This document shows positions 10,494 to 20,836 of a stretch of 64,000 bases of DNA, piece by piece (the first letter of the stretch is position 1; every line of letters starts with the position of its first letter). The notes below the pieces were generated by a model that ran no database searches, was not told the origin of the DNA, and saw nothing but the letters and a program-made list of their open reading frames with translations. The position numbers and the translations under genes were made by a program. The stretch spans positions 2,304,001 through 2,368,000 of the forward strand of contig CBDAON010000004.1 in NCBI GenBank assembly GCA_965198065.1, written 5' to 3'. The stretch comes from Longimicrobiales bacterium. GTDB lineage: Bacteria > Gemmatimonadota > Gemmatimonadetes > Longimicrobiales > Gaopeijiaceae.

Positions 10494-12965
10494 ATGCGCT
10501 CCGTCTGTTCGCTGCAGGGCGCACCCTGGTCCACGTGGGCCCCAAGGCCGTCCTTCGCCGTGCTCGCGATGGTCCTCGGCCTAGCCCTGCCGGGCGGGGT
10601 CCGCGCCCAGATACCCGACACGCCGCTCGGACCGGCCGGTGCCATGATCGATTCGGTGGTCGTGATCGGCAGCGAGAGCTTCGTCCCGGGCGTCCTTCTC
10701 GGCACGATCGGGATCGTCGAAGGAGAGCCGGCGACGTACCAGGACGTCCGGGAGGCGGAACGGCGCCTCTGGTCCACGGGCCGCTTCAGCGACGTGGAAG
10801 TCACGGTCGAGGGAACTGAGCCGGGGCCCATCGTCCTGGTCTTCCGAGTGGAGGAGCAGCCGATCGTGCGCGGCCTCGCGATCGAAGGGCTCTCCCGCGT
10901 GAGCGAGCAGGACGTGTGGGAGGCGGGAGGCGTGCTCGTGGGGCAGGCGTATTCCCCGAGGGGGGTCGCCGAGTCCGAGAAGTACGTCCTTGACACCCTG
11001 GGACAGCGCGGGATTCCATTCGCCGAGGTGACGGAGCAACGAGAGCCGTTGGAGGGCGGCGGGGTGTTCCTGACGCTCGTGGTGCGGGAGGGTCAGCGCG
11101 TGGAGCTCGCCGACGTCGTCTTCAACGGCAACGACGCGTTCACGGACGAAGAGCTCAGGAGCATCCTGTCCACGAAGGAGGAAGGCTTCTTCTGGTGGCG
11201 CACCGGCGCCTTGAACCAGGAGACGCTGGACACCGATCTCTTCGACGAGCTCCCGAACTTCTACGGCGCGCGTGCGCACCTCGACTTCGGCGTGCTGGGA
11301 GACACGCTCGTCATCGACCCGGAGACCGGGAAAGCCCGGCTCGAGGTGGATGTGTTCGAGGGCGAGCCCTTCCGAGTCGCGAGCTTCACCGTGACCGGGA
11401 ACCGCCGCTTCCCTGCGGACGAGCTCGAGCAGTACTACATCCAGGAGGAGGGGGGCCTGCTCAGCTCGCTGGGGCTACAGGCTGGGCCGGACGTCGACGA
11501 GTTGGGGGCCCGGCTCTTCGACCAGAGCGCCTTTCAGGAGGCCACCGCCGCGGTCTCGACCCTCTACCAGAACTCGGGCTACCTGTACGCGACCGTGACG
11601 CCGGGGCTCGAGCGCCTCCCGCCGGCCGTGGAAGGCGGCTCGCCTCTGGTCGAGCTCACGTGGACCATCGAGGAGGGACAGCCGGCCTACATCCGATTCG
11701 TTCGGATCGAAGGGAACGAGTACACCCACGACAGGGTGATCCGGGAACGGATCGTTCTCCTTCCGGGCGACCTCTACTCGGAAAGTCTGCTGCTCCGAAG
11801 CTATCAGGCCGTTCAGGGGCTCGGCTTCTTCGAGACCCCGATGCCGCTTCCGCGCCTGGAGCCGGACCCGGCCACGGGCGACCTCGACATCGTGTTCGAG
11901 GTGGTCGAGCGGCAGACCGGCTCCGTCAACTTCGGGACCACGATGGGCGGGTACACCGGGCTGTCGGGCTTCGTCGGATACGATGAGCCGAACCTGTTTG
12001 GGCAAGCCAAGTCCGGAAGCATCCGGTGGGACTTCGGACGCTTCCAGAACAGCTTCACCATGACCTACAGCGACCCGGCTCTGTTCCTGTCCAGGGTCAG
12101 CGGGACGCTCTCGCTCTTCAACTCTCGCGATCGGTTCTTCTCGTTCACCAGCGGCGACCGCCGGCAGCGGGGCGGCTCCGTGCGCCTCGGCTTCCCGGTG
12201 CCCGGATCGTTCTTCACGCGATTCTACGTCGGATACTCCCTGTCCAGGACCGAGTACCACCTTCGAGGTAGCGGCGATGACAGTTCGCTCTTCGGCCGTC
12301 CTCCGGGAACGCAGAGCCAGGTGAGTGTGGGCCTCGCACGCCAGACCCTCGATCATCCCCTCTTCCCGACGGTCGGATCCAGCCAGAGCTGGACCTCGGA
12401 GTTCAACGGGGGAATCCTCGGAGGAGACGGCCAGTTCTCGCTCCACCGCTTGCAGGGGAGCTGGTGGGTCCCTGTGGGGCAGCTGGGGGGTGGCGCTCCA
12501 GGCTCACGTCCCATCGTTTTGGCGCTCGGGTTCCGGGCCAACCTCGGGGCCATCTTCGGGAACGCCGAGGCGTTCCCGTTCGAGCGCTTCTGGATGGGCG
12601 GCGTTCAGTTCGGCGAGCGCCTGAGGGGGTACGAGGAGACGACGATCACGCCCGTGGGCTACGTTGCTCGCGATTCCGGCAGCGTGCAGGAGGCCCAACG
12701 ACTCGGTGACGCGTTCCTCCTGGTGGGCGCTGATTACGCGATCCGCTTGTCGGACGCGATCTCGGCCTCGGCGTTCTTCGAGGCCGGCAACGTGTGGCGG
12801 GACCCGAGGGAGATCAACGTCTCCCGCCTGCGACGTGGCGCGGGGATCGGGGTGGAGCTGGTGACGCCGTTCGGCCCGCTCGGACTGGACTTTGCGTACG
12901 GATTCGACCGGACGGATCCGGGCTGGGAGCTGCACTTCCGGATGGGCAGCCAGGGACCCTTCTAA
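10494..12965 (+). CDS. bamA: Outer membrane protein assembly factor BamA
   Basis: POTRA-like repeats, LRGYEE, C-terminal GPLGLDFAYG; upstream of skp and lpxD. Start codon uncertain. Confidence 0.92.
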   Translation: MRSVCSLQGAPWSTWAPRPSFAVLAMVLGLALPGGVRAQIPDTPLGPAGAMIDSVVVIGSESFVPGVLLGTIGIVEGEPATYQDVREAERRLWSTGRFSDVEVTVEGTEPGPIVLVFRVEEQPIVRGLAIEGLSRVSEQDVWEAGGVLVGQAYSPRGVAESEKYVLDTLGQRGIPFAEVTEQREPLEGGGVFLTLVVREGQRVELADVVFNGNDAFTDEELRSILSTKEEGFFWWRTGALNQETLDTDLFDELPNFYGARAHLDFGVLGDTLVIDPETGKARLEVDVFEGEPFRVASFTVTGNRRFPADELEQYYIQEEGGLLSSLGLQAGPDVDELGARLFDQSAFQEATAAVSTLYQNSGYLYATVTPGLERLPPAVEGGSPLVELTWTIEEGQPAYIRFVRIEGNEYTHDRVIRERIVLLPGDLYSESLLLRSYQAVQGLGFFETPMPLPRLEPDPATGDLDIVFEVVERQTGSVNFGTTMGGYTGLSGFVGYDEPNLFGQAKSGSIRWDFGRFQNSFTMTYSDPALFLSRVSGTLSLFNSRDRFFSFTSGDRRQRGGSVRLGFPVPGSFFTRFYVGYSLSRTEYHLRGSGDDSSLFGRPPGTQSQVSVGLARQTLDHPLFPTVGSSQSWTSEFNGGILGGDGQFSLHRLQGSWWVPVGQLGGGAPGSRPIVLALGFRANLGAIFGNAEAFPFERFWMGGVQFGERLRGYEETTITPVGYVARDSGSVQEAQRLGDAFLLVGADYAIRLSDAISASAFFEAGNVWRDPREINVSRLRRGAGIGVELVTPFGPLGLDFAYGFDRTDPGWELHFRMGSQGPF

Positions 12966-12978
12966 GGGAGCCGGTTTC

Positions 12979-13581
12979 ATGCGAATACTCGGGTGCGTCC
13001 TAGTCGGAGCCACGCTGCTCTCTCCCGGAGGCGGCCTTCGGGCGCAGGATCAGCTTCGCATCGGCTACATCGATTCCCAGGCCATTTTGCTCGAAGCTCC
13101 CGGCGCGGCGGAAGCCCAGGCGGAGTTCGAGCGCCAAATGCAAAGCTGGCAGCGGGAGCTCGAGACAATGACGGCCGAGCTCGATACGTTGGTCGCGCGC
13201 TACCAGCAGCAGCAGGCCGCGCTCCTTGCGAACGTCCGGCAGGCCAGAGAGGCCGAAATCCAGCAGAGGGACCTGCGACTTCAGACACGGATAGGAGAGG
13301 TGGAGCAGGAGGCGGAAGCCACCCGTCAACGCCTCATGGCGCCCATCCTGGAGCAGATCACCCAGGTGCTCGAGACCATGCGAGCCGAAGGCAACTATTC
13401 GTTCATCCTGGATGCCGCCGCTCAGTCGCCGGTCATCGTGGCCGCGGATCCAGCGCTCGATCTGACCGAGGAGGTCGTCCGGCGGCTCCAGCAGGGAACG
13501 GCAGCCCAGGCACCGGCGCAGCCTCCGGCTCAGGGACCGGCCCAGCCTCCGGCTCAGACTCCGGCTTCCGGGGTCCCCTGA
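12979..13581 (+). CDS. skp: OmpH/Skp periplasmic chaperone with Gln/Pro/Ala repeat tail
   Basis: Signal peptide, IGYIDSQAIL, coiled coil, DLTEEVV; lies between bamA and lpxD. Confidence 0.88.
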   Translation: MRILGCVLVGATLLSPGGGLRAQDQLRIGYIDSQAILLEAPGAAEAQAEFERQMQSWQRELETMTAELDTLVARYQQQQAALLANVRQAREAEIQQRDLRLQTRIGEVEQEAEATRQRLMAPILEQITQVLETMRAEGNYSFILDAAAQSPVIVAADPALDLTEEVVRRLQQGTAAQAPAQPPAQGPAQPPAQTPASGVP

Positions 13582-13645
13582 CGCGGCCGGCTGCGCCTGA
13601 GGAAACGCTCGTCGAGCACACGGGCGTACGGGCGGGAGGCGGGCG

Positions 13646-14770
13646 ATGAGCACGTTTCCCCTCCGTCGTTCCGCGCCCCTTCCGCATCCCCTCTCCACGC
13701 TTGCTTCGCTTCTCGACCTCCCGCCCCCTGACCGGGACATGGAGCTCAGGGGAGTGGCACCTCTCGGGAGGGCCGGTCCCGAGCAGCTGGGGTTTCTGGC
13801 TCACCGCCGCTACCTGCCCGACCTGACTGCGAGCCGCGCCGGAGCGCTCGTGGTCTCCTCCGACATCGAGAGCCTCATCTCGGCCGATCCACGCCCCCGC
13901 CTGGTGGCCTCGGACGCGCATGCCGCCCTGGTAAGGCTCCTCGAGGCCTTCCATCCCGAGGAGCCCTCGGATCCGGAGGTCCACCCAACCTCCGTCCTCG
14001 GCAAGGGCGCGCGCCTGGGAAGGGACGTTCGGGTCGGTCCGTACGCCGTGATCGAGGCCGACGCCGTGGTGGAAGACGCCGTGGCGATCGGCGCCCACGT
14101 AGTCGTGGGCGCCCGATCCCGTATCGGGAGCGGGTCGATCCTCCACCCCCACGTGGTCCTCTATCCAGGCTCCGTGCTGGGCCGCCGCGTGATCGTCCAC
14201 GCGGGCGCCCGACTGGGAGTGGACGGGTTCGGATACGTCTTCCAGGACGGGGCCCATCGAAAGGTGCCGCAGGTGGGCGGCTGCGTCGTCGAGGACGACG
14301 TGGAGATCGGGGCCAACAGCACGCTCGATCGGGGGTCGATCGGTGAAACGCGGGTGGGCGCCGGGACCAAGCTGGACAACCTCGTCCACCTCGGCCACAA
14401 CGTGGAGGTCGGACCCAAAGTGATCCTGACCGCCCAGGTCGGGGTCGCCGGATCGGCCACGATCGGAGCGGGGGTCCAGGCCGGCGGACAGGCCGGCATC
14501 GGGGGGCACGTGAGCGTTGGGGACGGCGCGAAGGTGGCAGCCAGGACTGGGGCCATCCGCGACGTGGGGCCGGGCGAGGTGGTAATGGGCTTCCCGGCGC
14601 GCCCCCGGGCGGAGTTCCTCCGAGGCCTCGCCGGCTCCGGAAAGGTCGCCGACCTAGTCCGTCGCGTTCGACAGCTCGAGGAACGCCTGGGGAGATCGGC
14701 GACCGAGAGCGTCGAGAACGCAGGCTCGGGGCGCGAGGGAGCCGCGGACGGGGAGCCGGAAGACACATGA
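13646..14770 (+). CDS. lpxD: UDP-3-O-acyl-glucosamine N-acyltransferase
   Basis: Hexapeptide repeats, DGFGY, KLDNLVHLGHNV. Confidence 0.93.
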   Translation: MSTFPLRRSAPLPHPLSTLASLLDLPPPDRDMELRGVAPLGRAGPEQLGFLAHRRYLPDLTASRAGALVVSSDIESLISADPRPRLVASDAHAALVRLLEAFHPEEPSDPEVHPTSVLGKGARLGRDVRVGPYAVIEADAVVEDAVAIGAHVVVGARSRIGSGSILHPHVVLYPGSVLGRRVIVHAGARLGVDGFGYVFQDGAHRKVPQVGGCVVEDDVEIGANSTLDRGSIGETRVGAGTKLDNLVHLGHNVEVGPKVILTAQVGVAGSATIGAGVQAGGQAGIGGHVSVGDGAKVAARTGAIRDVGPGEVVMGFPARPRAEFLRGLAGSGKVADLVRRVRQLEERLGRSATESVENAGSGREGAADGEPEDT

Positions 14771-16059
14771 TCGGACCCAGGCACCGCACGATCCACGAGC
14801 CCGTCACCCTCGACGGAGTCGGGGTCCACACCGGGGAGCCGTCCTCCGTCACCTTCCGGCCAGACCCCGAGGGACCGGGCATCCTGTTTCGCCGGGTTGA
14901 TCTGGACGGCGCTCCCGACATTCCGGCCGACCTCGACCACGTGGTGGGCACTGAGCTGGGGACAAGCCTGGCCGCCGGAGAAGAGGCACGGGCGAGCACC
15001 GTCGAGCACGTGATGGCCGCTCTCGCGGCCGCCGGTGTCACGCGCACGATCGTCGAGCTGGATGGCCCCGAGCCCCCGATCTTGGACGGCAGCTTCCGCG
15101 GGTACCTGGAGGCGCTGACGCGCGCGGAGAGCCTGGAGCTGGAAGATCCGGTGCAGGTCCTCCGGCTCCCGTCCCCGATCACCGAGGAGGGGAGCAAGGG
15201 GTGCCGCTACGTGGCCGTGCCCTCAGACGATTTTCGCGTCTCGGCGACGATCGAGTTCGACCATCCCGCGATCCGCCGGCAGTACGGATCCTTCGGCTTC
15301 GCGGGCGACGGATTCTCAGACCAGATCGCTTCGGCGCGCACGTTCGGCTTCGAGGCCGAGGCGGAAGCGCTCCGCGCCCGCGGACTCGCGAGGGGCGCGT
15401 CGCTGGAGAACACGATCGTTCTGTCGGCCGACGGGATTCTGAATGCCGATCTCAGGTTTCCCGACGAGTTCCTGAGACACAAGGTCGGGGATCTCGTCGG
15501 GGATCTCGCTCTCCTGGGCGCTCGCGTGGACGCACACGTGATCGCGGAGCGTCCGAGCCACGCGGGGAACGTCGCCCTCGCCCGGCGCCTCCGGGAGGCC
15601 GGTCGCCGAAACCCAGGCGGCGCCCCCATCGTGGACACGCAGAAGATCCTCGAGTACCTCCCCCACCGCTTCCCCATGCTCCTCGTGGACCGTGTGATCG
15701 AGTTCGAATCGGGGAAGCGAATCGTGGGGGTGAAGAACGTCACGATCAACGAGCCGTTCTTCCAGGGACACTACCCGGGCCACCCGATCATGCCCGGGGT
15801 GCTCGTCATCGAGGCGATGGCCCAGGTCGGAGGGCTGCTCCTCATGGATGCGGTCGAGAGCCCCGAGAACAAGGTCGTATACTTCATGTCGCTCGATAAC
15901 GTGAAGTGGCGTCGTCCGGTGACGCCAGGAGACCAGCTCGTGTTCGAGATCGAGCTCCTTCAGTTCCGGAGGAGCATCTGCCGCATGAGGGGGGAAGCGT
16001 TCGTGGACGGCAACCTCGTGGCCGAGGCCGAGTTCAAGGCCCGGGTAGTGGACAAGTGA
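14767..16059 (+). CDS. lpxC-fabZ: Bifunctional LpxC deacetylase / FabZ dehydratase
   Basis: [27 protein letters not shown] (LpxC), then [11 protein letters not shown] and [15 protein letters not shown] (FabZ). Confidence 0.94.
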   Translation: MIGPRHRTIHEPVTLDGVGVHTGEPSSVTFRPDPEGPGILFRRVDLDGAPDIPADLDHVVGTELGTSLAAGEEARASTVEHVMAALAAAGVTRTIVELDGPEPPILDGSFRGYLEALTRAESLELEDPVQVLRLPSPITEEGSKGCRYVAVPSDDFRVSATIEFDHPAIRRQYGSFGFAGDGFSDQIASARTFGFEAEAEALRARGLARGASLENTIVLSADGILNADLRFPDEFLRHKVGDLVGDLALLGARVDAHVIAERPSHAGNVALARRLREAGRRNPGGAPIVDTQKILEYLPHRFPMLLVDRVIEFESGKRIVGVKNVTINEPFFQGHYPGHPIMPGVLVIEAMAQVGGLLLMDAVESPENKVVYFMSLDNVKWRRPVTPGDQLVFEIELLQFRRSICRMRGEAFVDGNLVAEAEFKARVVDK

Positions 16060-16856
16060 AGGCCGTGACGGGCACCGCTGCGGACGTTCAGGTCCACCTG
16101 CAGGCGATCGTGGACCCGGGGGCCGAGCTCGCGGCGGGCGTGAACGTGGGCCCCTGGACTCTCATCGGACCCGACGTGAAAATCGGCCCGGGGACGGTCG
16201 TGGGGCCCGGCGTCCTAATCGAGAGGAACACGACGGTTGGGGCGGACTGCGAGATCCACAAGGGCGCCGTTCTGGGCACGCCGCCACAGGACCTGAAGTT
16301 CCGGGGCGAGGACAGCCGTCTGGTGGTCGGAGACCGGACGGTCATCCGGGAGTACGCGACCCTGAACCGGGGGACCTCCGCATCGGGCCTGACCGCGGTG
16401 GGGGACGACTGTCTCCTCATGGCATACACGCACGTGGCGCACGACTGCCGGCTCGGGAACCACGTGATCCTCTCCAATGCCGTAAACATGGCCGGGCACG
16501 TCGAGCTCCACGACTGGGCGATCGTGGGAGGGCTGACGCCCATCCATCAGTTCGTGCGTATCGGCATGCACGCGTTTATCGGCGGCGGCTCCCGCATCTC
16601 GCAGGACGTCTCGCCGTTCTGCCGGGCGGCTGGGAGCCCACCGAAGCTGTACGGGTTGAACACGGTCGGGCTCGAGCGGCGGGGCTTCCCGGCAGAGACG
16701 CGCGCCGCGCTGAAGAAGGCCTACCGGATCCTCTTCCAGTCCGAGCTCAACGTGTCGCAGGGGCTCGAGCAGGCGCGCGAGGAAGTGGAGCCTCTGCCCG
16801 AGGTCGTGCTCCTCTTGGACTTCATCCGGGACTCCGAGCGCGGAATCACGATCTGA
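16056..16856 (+). CDS. lpxA: Acyl-ACP--UDP-N-acetylglucosamine O-acyltransferase
   Basis: PQDLKF, IREYATLNRGT, HVAHDC, HQFVRIG; GTG start overlaps the fabZ stop. Confidence 0.94.
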   Translation: MKAVTGTAADVQVHLQAIVDPGAELAAGVNVGPWTLIGPDVKIGPGTVVGPGVLIERNTTVGADCEIHKGAVLGTPPQDLKFRGEDSRLVVGDRTVIREYATLNRGTSASGLTAVGDDCLLMAYTHVAHDCRLGNHVILSNAVNMAGHVELHDWAIVGGLTPIHQFVRIGMHAFIGGGSRISQDVSPFCRAAGSPPKLYGLNTVGLERRGFPAETRAALKKAYRILFQSELNVSQGLEQAREEVEPLPEVVLLLDFIRDSERGITI

Positions 16857-17872
16857 TGGGCGAACGCCGGTCCCCGCTCCGACTCGGCGTGGCGGGTGTG
16901 GGCAGTTTGGGGTTCCACCACGCGCGCATCGCGAGGGAGCTCCCTGGCGTGACCCTGTCGGGGTTCCACGACCCGCGGGCCGACCGGGCCGGCAAGGTCG
17001 TGTCCCAGCTGGGGATCCGGTTCCTTCCCTCGCTCCCGTCCCTCCTCGGCGAGGTGGAGGCTCTGGTGGTGGCCACCCCCACCACCACGCACGCCGACGT
17101 GGCGTGTGCCGCGCTCGACCGCGGAGTTCACGTGTTCATCGAGAAGCCGATCGCCTCGGACCTCGCCCAGGCGGATCGGATCCTGGAGGCCGCCTCCCGA
17201 ACGGGGGCCCGGGTCCAGGTCGGCCACGTCGAGCGCTTCAACACGGCTCTGGTGGGCGCCCGTCCGTACCTCGAGGCCCCGCTCTTCATCGAGTCGCACC
17301 GGCTGGCGCCGTTCACGGAGCGAGGAACGGACGTGGCGGTCGTGCTGGATCTCATGATCCACGACGTGGATCTCGTGGCGAGCCTCGTCGGGCAACCCAT
17401 CGTCAGTTTCGAGGCCACGGGGATCCCGGTCCTCACCCCCTCGGTGGACATCGCGAACGCGCGGATCACGTTCGACGGCGGCGCGGTGGCCAACCTCACG
17501 GCGAGCCGCGTGTCCATGGAGCGCATGCGGAAGCTTCGGATCTTCCAGAAGTCCGGATACCTGAGCCTGAACCTGGCGAGCGGGACCGGTGAGTTCCTGC
17601 GCCTCAAGCGGGACATCCCTACCTTCCTGGACGGGCGGCGGCCCGAAGGGAAGGGCCCGCTGGCCCTCGACATTTCGAGCATCGTGGAGCGGATCCCGCT
17701 CTCCGCCGAGCCGGTGGAGCCACTCCGACGGGAGCTCGAGGGGTTCCGCGACGCGATCATCTCGGGCACGGAGCCCCCGGTCACCGGGCGGGAGGGCCGC
17801 GAAGCTCTCGCAACCGCGCTCGCCATCGAAGATCGGATCATGAGCCATGTCTCTCATACGAGTTCGGCGTGA
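16856..17872 (+). CDS. Gfo/Idh/MocA-family NAD-dependent oxidoreductase (GnnA-like position)
   Basis: GVAGVGSLG Rossmann motif, EKPIA, GHVERFN, DLMIHD; lies between lpxA and lpxB. Confidence 0.88.
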   Translation: MGERRSPLRLGVAGVGSLGFHHARIARELPGVTLSGFHDPRADRAGKVVSQLGIRFLPSLPSLLGEVEALVVATPTTTHADVACAALDRGVHVFIEKPIASDLAQADRILEAASRTGARVQVGHVERFNTALVGARPYLEAPLFIESHRLAPFTERGTDVAVVLDLMIHDVDLVASLVGQPIVSFEATGIPVLTPSVDIANARITFDGGAVANLTASRVSMERMRKLRIFQKSGYLSLNLASGTGEFLRLKRDIPTFLDGRRPEGKGPLALDISSIVERIPLSAEPVEPLRRELEGFRDAIISGTEPPVTGREGREALATALAIEDRIMSHVSHTSSA

Positions 17873-17969
17873 CCGAAAGAAGGACTGGATCGACATCAAG
17901 AAGGGTATTCCTACTCGGGTGCTCGTCGGGCTCCTGGCCCTGGCCGGGCTTCTCATGTGGTTGCTCTAG
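17847..17969 (+). CDS. Putative 40-aa small membrane protein (absent from the ORF track)
   Basis: MSLIRVRRDRKKDWIDIKKGIPTRVLVGLLALAGLLMWLL*: basic N-terminus plus one hydrophobic helix, filling the gap before lpxB. Confidence 0.55.
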   Translation: MSLIRVRRDRKKDWIDIKKGIPTRVLVGLLALAGLLMWLL

Positions 17970-17996
17970 GGAGGCTCCGAGTGGGGGCGGCGCGCC

Positions 17997-19148
17997 GTGA
18001 ACGCACCGGTCTTCCTGATGCTCGCGGGGGAGCCGTCGGGAGACGCACACGGCGCGCGGCTGGCGATGGCGCTCCGAGCCCGCTGGCCCCGCTGCCGGAT
18101 CCTGGGGACCGGAGGGGAGCGCATGTCCGCGGCCGGCGTCGAGCTTCTGGCCGGCCTCCACGACCTGGCGGTCATGGGCTTCGTCGAGGTGCTGGAACGA
18201 ATCTCCTTCTTCTGGAAGCTCGAGCGCCGGATCGTCCGCATGCTTCGGAGCGAGCGGGTAGACCTCGTGATCCCGGTGGACTACCCGGGCCTGAACTTCC
18301 GCATCGCGGGGCGGGCTAGAGCGGCGGGAATTCCGGTCCTCTACTACATCGCCCCGCAGGTCTGGGCCTGGCAACCGGGTCGGGCCGTGAAGCTCGGGCG
18401 CCTCGCCGACCGGATCGCGGTCATTCTCCCCTTTGAGGAGGAGATCCTTCGGAACGCTGGGGGGAACGCCGTCTTCGTCGGCCACCCCCTGCTCGATCGG
18501 GACGAGCCCGTGGCGTCCCGGGAGGACTTCTGCCGCTCGGCCGGGCTGGGCGTCGACCGCCCGATCCTGGCTCTCTTCCCCGGGTCGCGCTCCCAGGAGG
18601 TCCGGCGGCACCTGGCTCCCTTCGTCGAGGCGGGAAGGCAGCTGCAGGCCGAGCGGCCGGGTCTGCAGATCGTGATCGCGCGCCGCGAAGGGCTCGAGCT
18701 GGAGGTCGCGGACACGGTGGGCGTCCAGGTCACCTCGGACTCCCGGGCGCTTCTGCGGCACGCGAGGGCCGCCCTGGTGAAGTCGGGTACGACGACCCTG
18801 GAGGCCGCGCTGGAAGGAGTTCCGTTCGCGGTCGCGTACCGGGCGCACCCGCTCACGTTTTGGCTGGCCCGGCGACTCGTCCGTGTGGATCACATCGCGC
18901 TCGCCAATCTGGTGGTCGGTGAGCGTGTGGTCCCGGAGCTCCTCCAGGATCGGGTCGTGCCCGGGATCCTGGCCGAGACGCTCCTTCCCTTGCTCGACGA
19001 GTCCGCTGCACGCGGACGAGTCCTGGCCGGTCTGGAGAAGGTGCGGAGCCGACTCGGCGCCCCGGGAGCATCCGACCGGGTTGCGAATCTGGCCGCAGAC
19101 GTCCTCTCCAGGCGCCGTGAGGAACGCCACCCGGCGTCCGCTCCCTGA
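17997..19148 (+). CDS. lpxB: Lipid-A-disaccharide synthase
   Basis: AGEPSGD, VDYPGLN, PQVWAW, FVGHPL, PGSR, SGTTTLE. Confidence 0.95.
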   Translation: MNAPVFLMLAGEPSGDAHGARLAMALRARWPRCRILGTGGERMSAAGVELLAGLHDLAVMGFVEVLERISFFWKLERRIVRMLRSERVDLVIPVDYPGLNFRIAGRARAAGIPVLYYIAPQVWAWQPGRAVKLGRLADRIAVILPFEEEILRNAGGNAVFVGHPLLDRDEPVASREDFCRSAGLGVDRPILALFPGSRSQEVRRHLAPFVEAGRQLQAERPGLQIVIARREGLELEVADTVGVQVTSDSRALLRHARAALVKSGTTTLEAALEGVPFAVAYRAHPLTFWLARRLVRVDHIALANLVVGERVVPELLQDRVVPGILAETLLPLLDESAARGRVLAGLEKVRSRLGAPGASDRVANLAADVLSRRREERHPASAP

Positions 19149-19151
19149 TCC

Positions 19152-19811
19152 ATGGAACGTGACGGGGCTGGGGTTCGAGTGGTCGGCGCCGTGGGCGCCG
19201 GACTGCTTGGCGCGGTGGGCCGATCCCTCCGTTTCCAGATCGAAGGGCAGGAGCACGTCCAAGGCTGTCGGAGCCGCGGACAGCCCGTCATCTTCGCACA
19301 CTGGCACCGATGGATCCTTCCCCTGGCCTACCTCCACCGTCGCCAGGAAATCGTCGTCCTCGTGAGCGACCATAGGGACGGGGAGTACATCACGAGCGTC
19401 ATAGAACAGATGGGATTCGCCACGGCGCGGGGGTCCAGCACCAGAGGGGGGACCAAAGGGCTGAAGGCCCTGGTGCGCGCAGGTCGGGAGGGTCGTGACA
19501 TGGGGATCACCCCCGATGGTCCTCGCGGACCGGCGCTGGCGTGCAAGCCCGGCGCGCTCGTTGCCGCGCAGCTCTCGGGAGCCCCTATCGTCCCCATCGC
19601 GGTGGAGAGCGCCGGGGTGTGGCAGCTCGAGTCATGGGACCGGTTCGTCTTCCCCAAGCCGTTCGCCGCCGTTCGGGTGCGTTACGGAGCGCCCCACTAC
19701 GTACCTCGCGACGCCAACGAAGCGGACTTTCTCGGCCACGCCAGGGCGATCGAGGACGCGCTGAACGTGCTCTCGGCGCCGGCAGTCCACGAACACCGGA
19801 GCAGTGTGTGA
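19152..19811 (+). CDS. DUF374 / lysophospholipid acyltransferase-family protein
   Basis: HWH, SDHRDGE, RGSSTRGG, ITPDGPRGP, SWDRF. Confidence 0.85.
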   Translation: MERDGAGVRVVGAVGAGLLGAVGRSLRFQIEGQEHVQGCRSRGQPVIFAHWHRWILPLAYLHRRQEIVVLVSDHRDGEYITSVIEQMGFATARGSSTRGGTKGLKALVRAGREGRDMGITPDGPRGPALACKPGALVAAQLSGAPIVPIAVESAGVWQLESWDRFVFPKPFAAVRVRYGAPHYVPRDANEADFLGHARAIEDALNVLSAPAVHEHRSSV

Positions 19812-20836
19812 ACCGACTCCCCCGCGAGCTGACGCGGATGTGGCGCGGGGACCGTGGGCTCCTGCCGTTCGTCCTGGGAGCCCTCACGGCCCCTCTCTCC
19901 GCAGCGTTCGGCGTGGCTGTGCGGGGTCGAAACCTTCTCTACGACGCAGGGCTCCTGGCCTCGAGGCGCGCGCCCCTGCCCGTGGTGTCGGTGGGGAACC
20001 TCGCGGTAGGCGGGGCCGGAAAGACTCCCGTGTCGGCCTGGGTGGCCCGGACCCTCGAACAGGCCGGACGACGACCGGCCATCGTCTTGAGGGGGTACGG
20101 CGACGACGAGCCGCTCCTGCACGCCCGGTGGAACCCCAGCGTCCCGGTCCTTCGGGCCCCGAGGCGCATCCAGGGGGTGGAGGAAGCTGCGCGACAGGGA
20201 AGGGACGTCGTGGTGCTGGACGACGGATACCAGCACCGTGCCCTGCACCGTGACGTAAACCTCCTCCTCCTTTCCCCGGCTCACCACCTTCCGCCGCGCC
20301 TCCTCCCACGAGGCCCGTTTCGGGAATCCCTCATGGCCATGCGGCGGGCGGACCGGATCCTGATCACGGCAAAGGGGGACCACGAGCTCGAGGGCGCCCG
20401 CGCGCTCGCCGACGAGGTTGGACGGATTCCAGGTCTCGCGCCGGTGGAGGTGTTTGCCTTCCGGGCCGGGAGCTGGGAGAACTTGCACGGCGCGCCCGAG
20501 CCTCCTCCTCCGGGGGATACATTCGTCGTGACGTCCGTAGCCGAGCCCAGCGGCTTCGTGCACCTCGTGACGGAGCGGACCGGCAGGAGCCCACGCTCGG
20601 TTGCGTTCCGCGACCACCATGCCTTTTCCGCTCGGGACGCGGATTGGATCTCTCGAGCAGCCGAGAGCGCGGGATGGATATCCGTCACGGAGAAGGACGC
20701 CGTGAAGCTCCTTCCCCTCGAGGCGCTCCTGCCCCCGGCCCGAGTGCTGCCCCTAGTGCCCGTTCCTCCGCCCGACCTCGGCCCGTGGATCGTGGACGCC
20801 GTAGCAGCCGAGCGAACCGGAGCGACCCGCCCATGA
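19808..20836 (+). CDS. lpxK: Tetraacyldisaccharide 4'-kinase
   Basis: VSVGNLAVGGAGKTP, RGYG, LDDGYQH, P.GPFRE, TEKDAVK. Confidence 0.93.
   Translation: MNRLPRELTRMWRGDRGLLPFVLGALTAPLSAAFGVAVRGRNLLYDAGLLASRRAPLPVVSVGNLAVGGAGKTPVSAWVARTLEQAGRRPAIVLRGYGDDEPLLHARWNPSVPVLRAPRRIQGVEEAARQGRDVVVLDDGYQHRALHRDVNLLLLSPAHHLPPRLLPRGPFRESLMAMRRADRILITAKGDHELEGARALADEVGRIPGLAPVEVFAFRAGSWENLHGAPEPPPPGDTFVVTSVAEPSGFVHLVTERTGRSPRSVAFRDHHAFSARDADWISRAAESAGWISVTEKDAVKLLPLEALLPPARVLPLVPVPPPDLGPWIVDAVAAERTGATRP

Noticed and set aside
13500..13570. CRISPR-like or regulatory repeat
   Set aside because: It is a short in-frame coding repeat (QPPAQ) with no spacers; no CRISPR array or cas gene was seen anywhere in the window.
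14767..16059. LpxC-FabZ fusion as a novelty
   Set aside because: This fusion is already known, for example in Bacteroidota.
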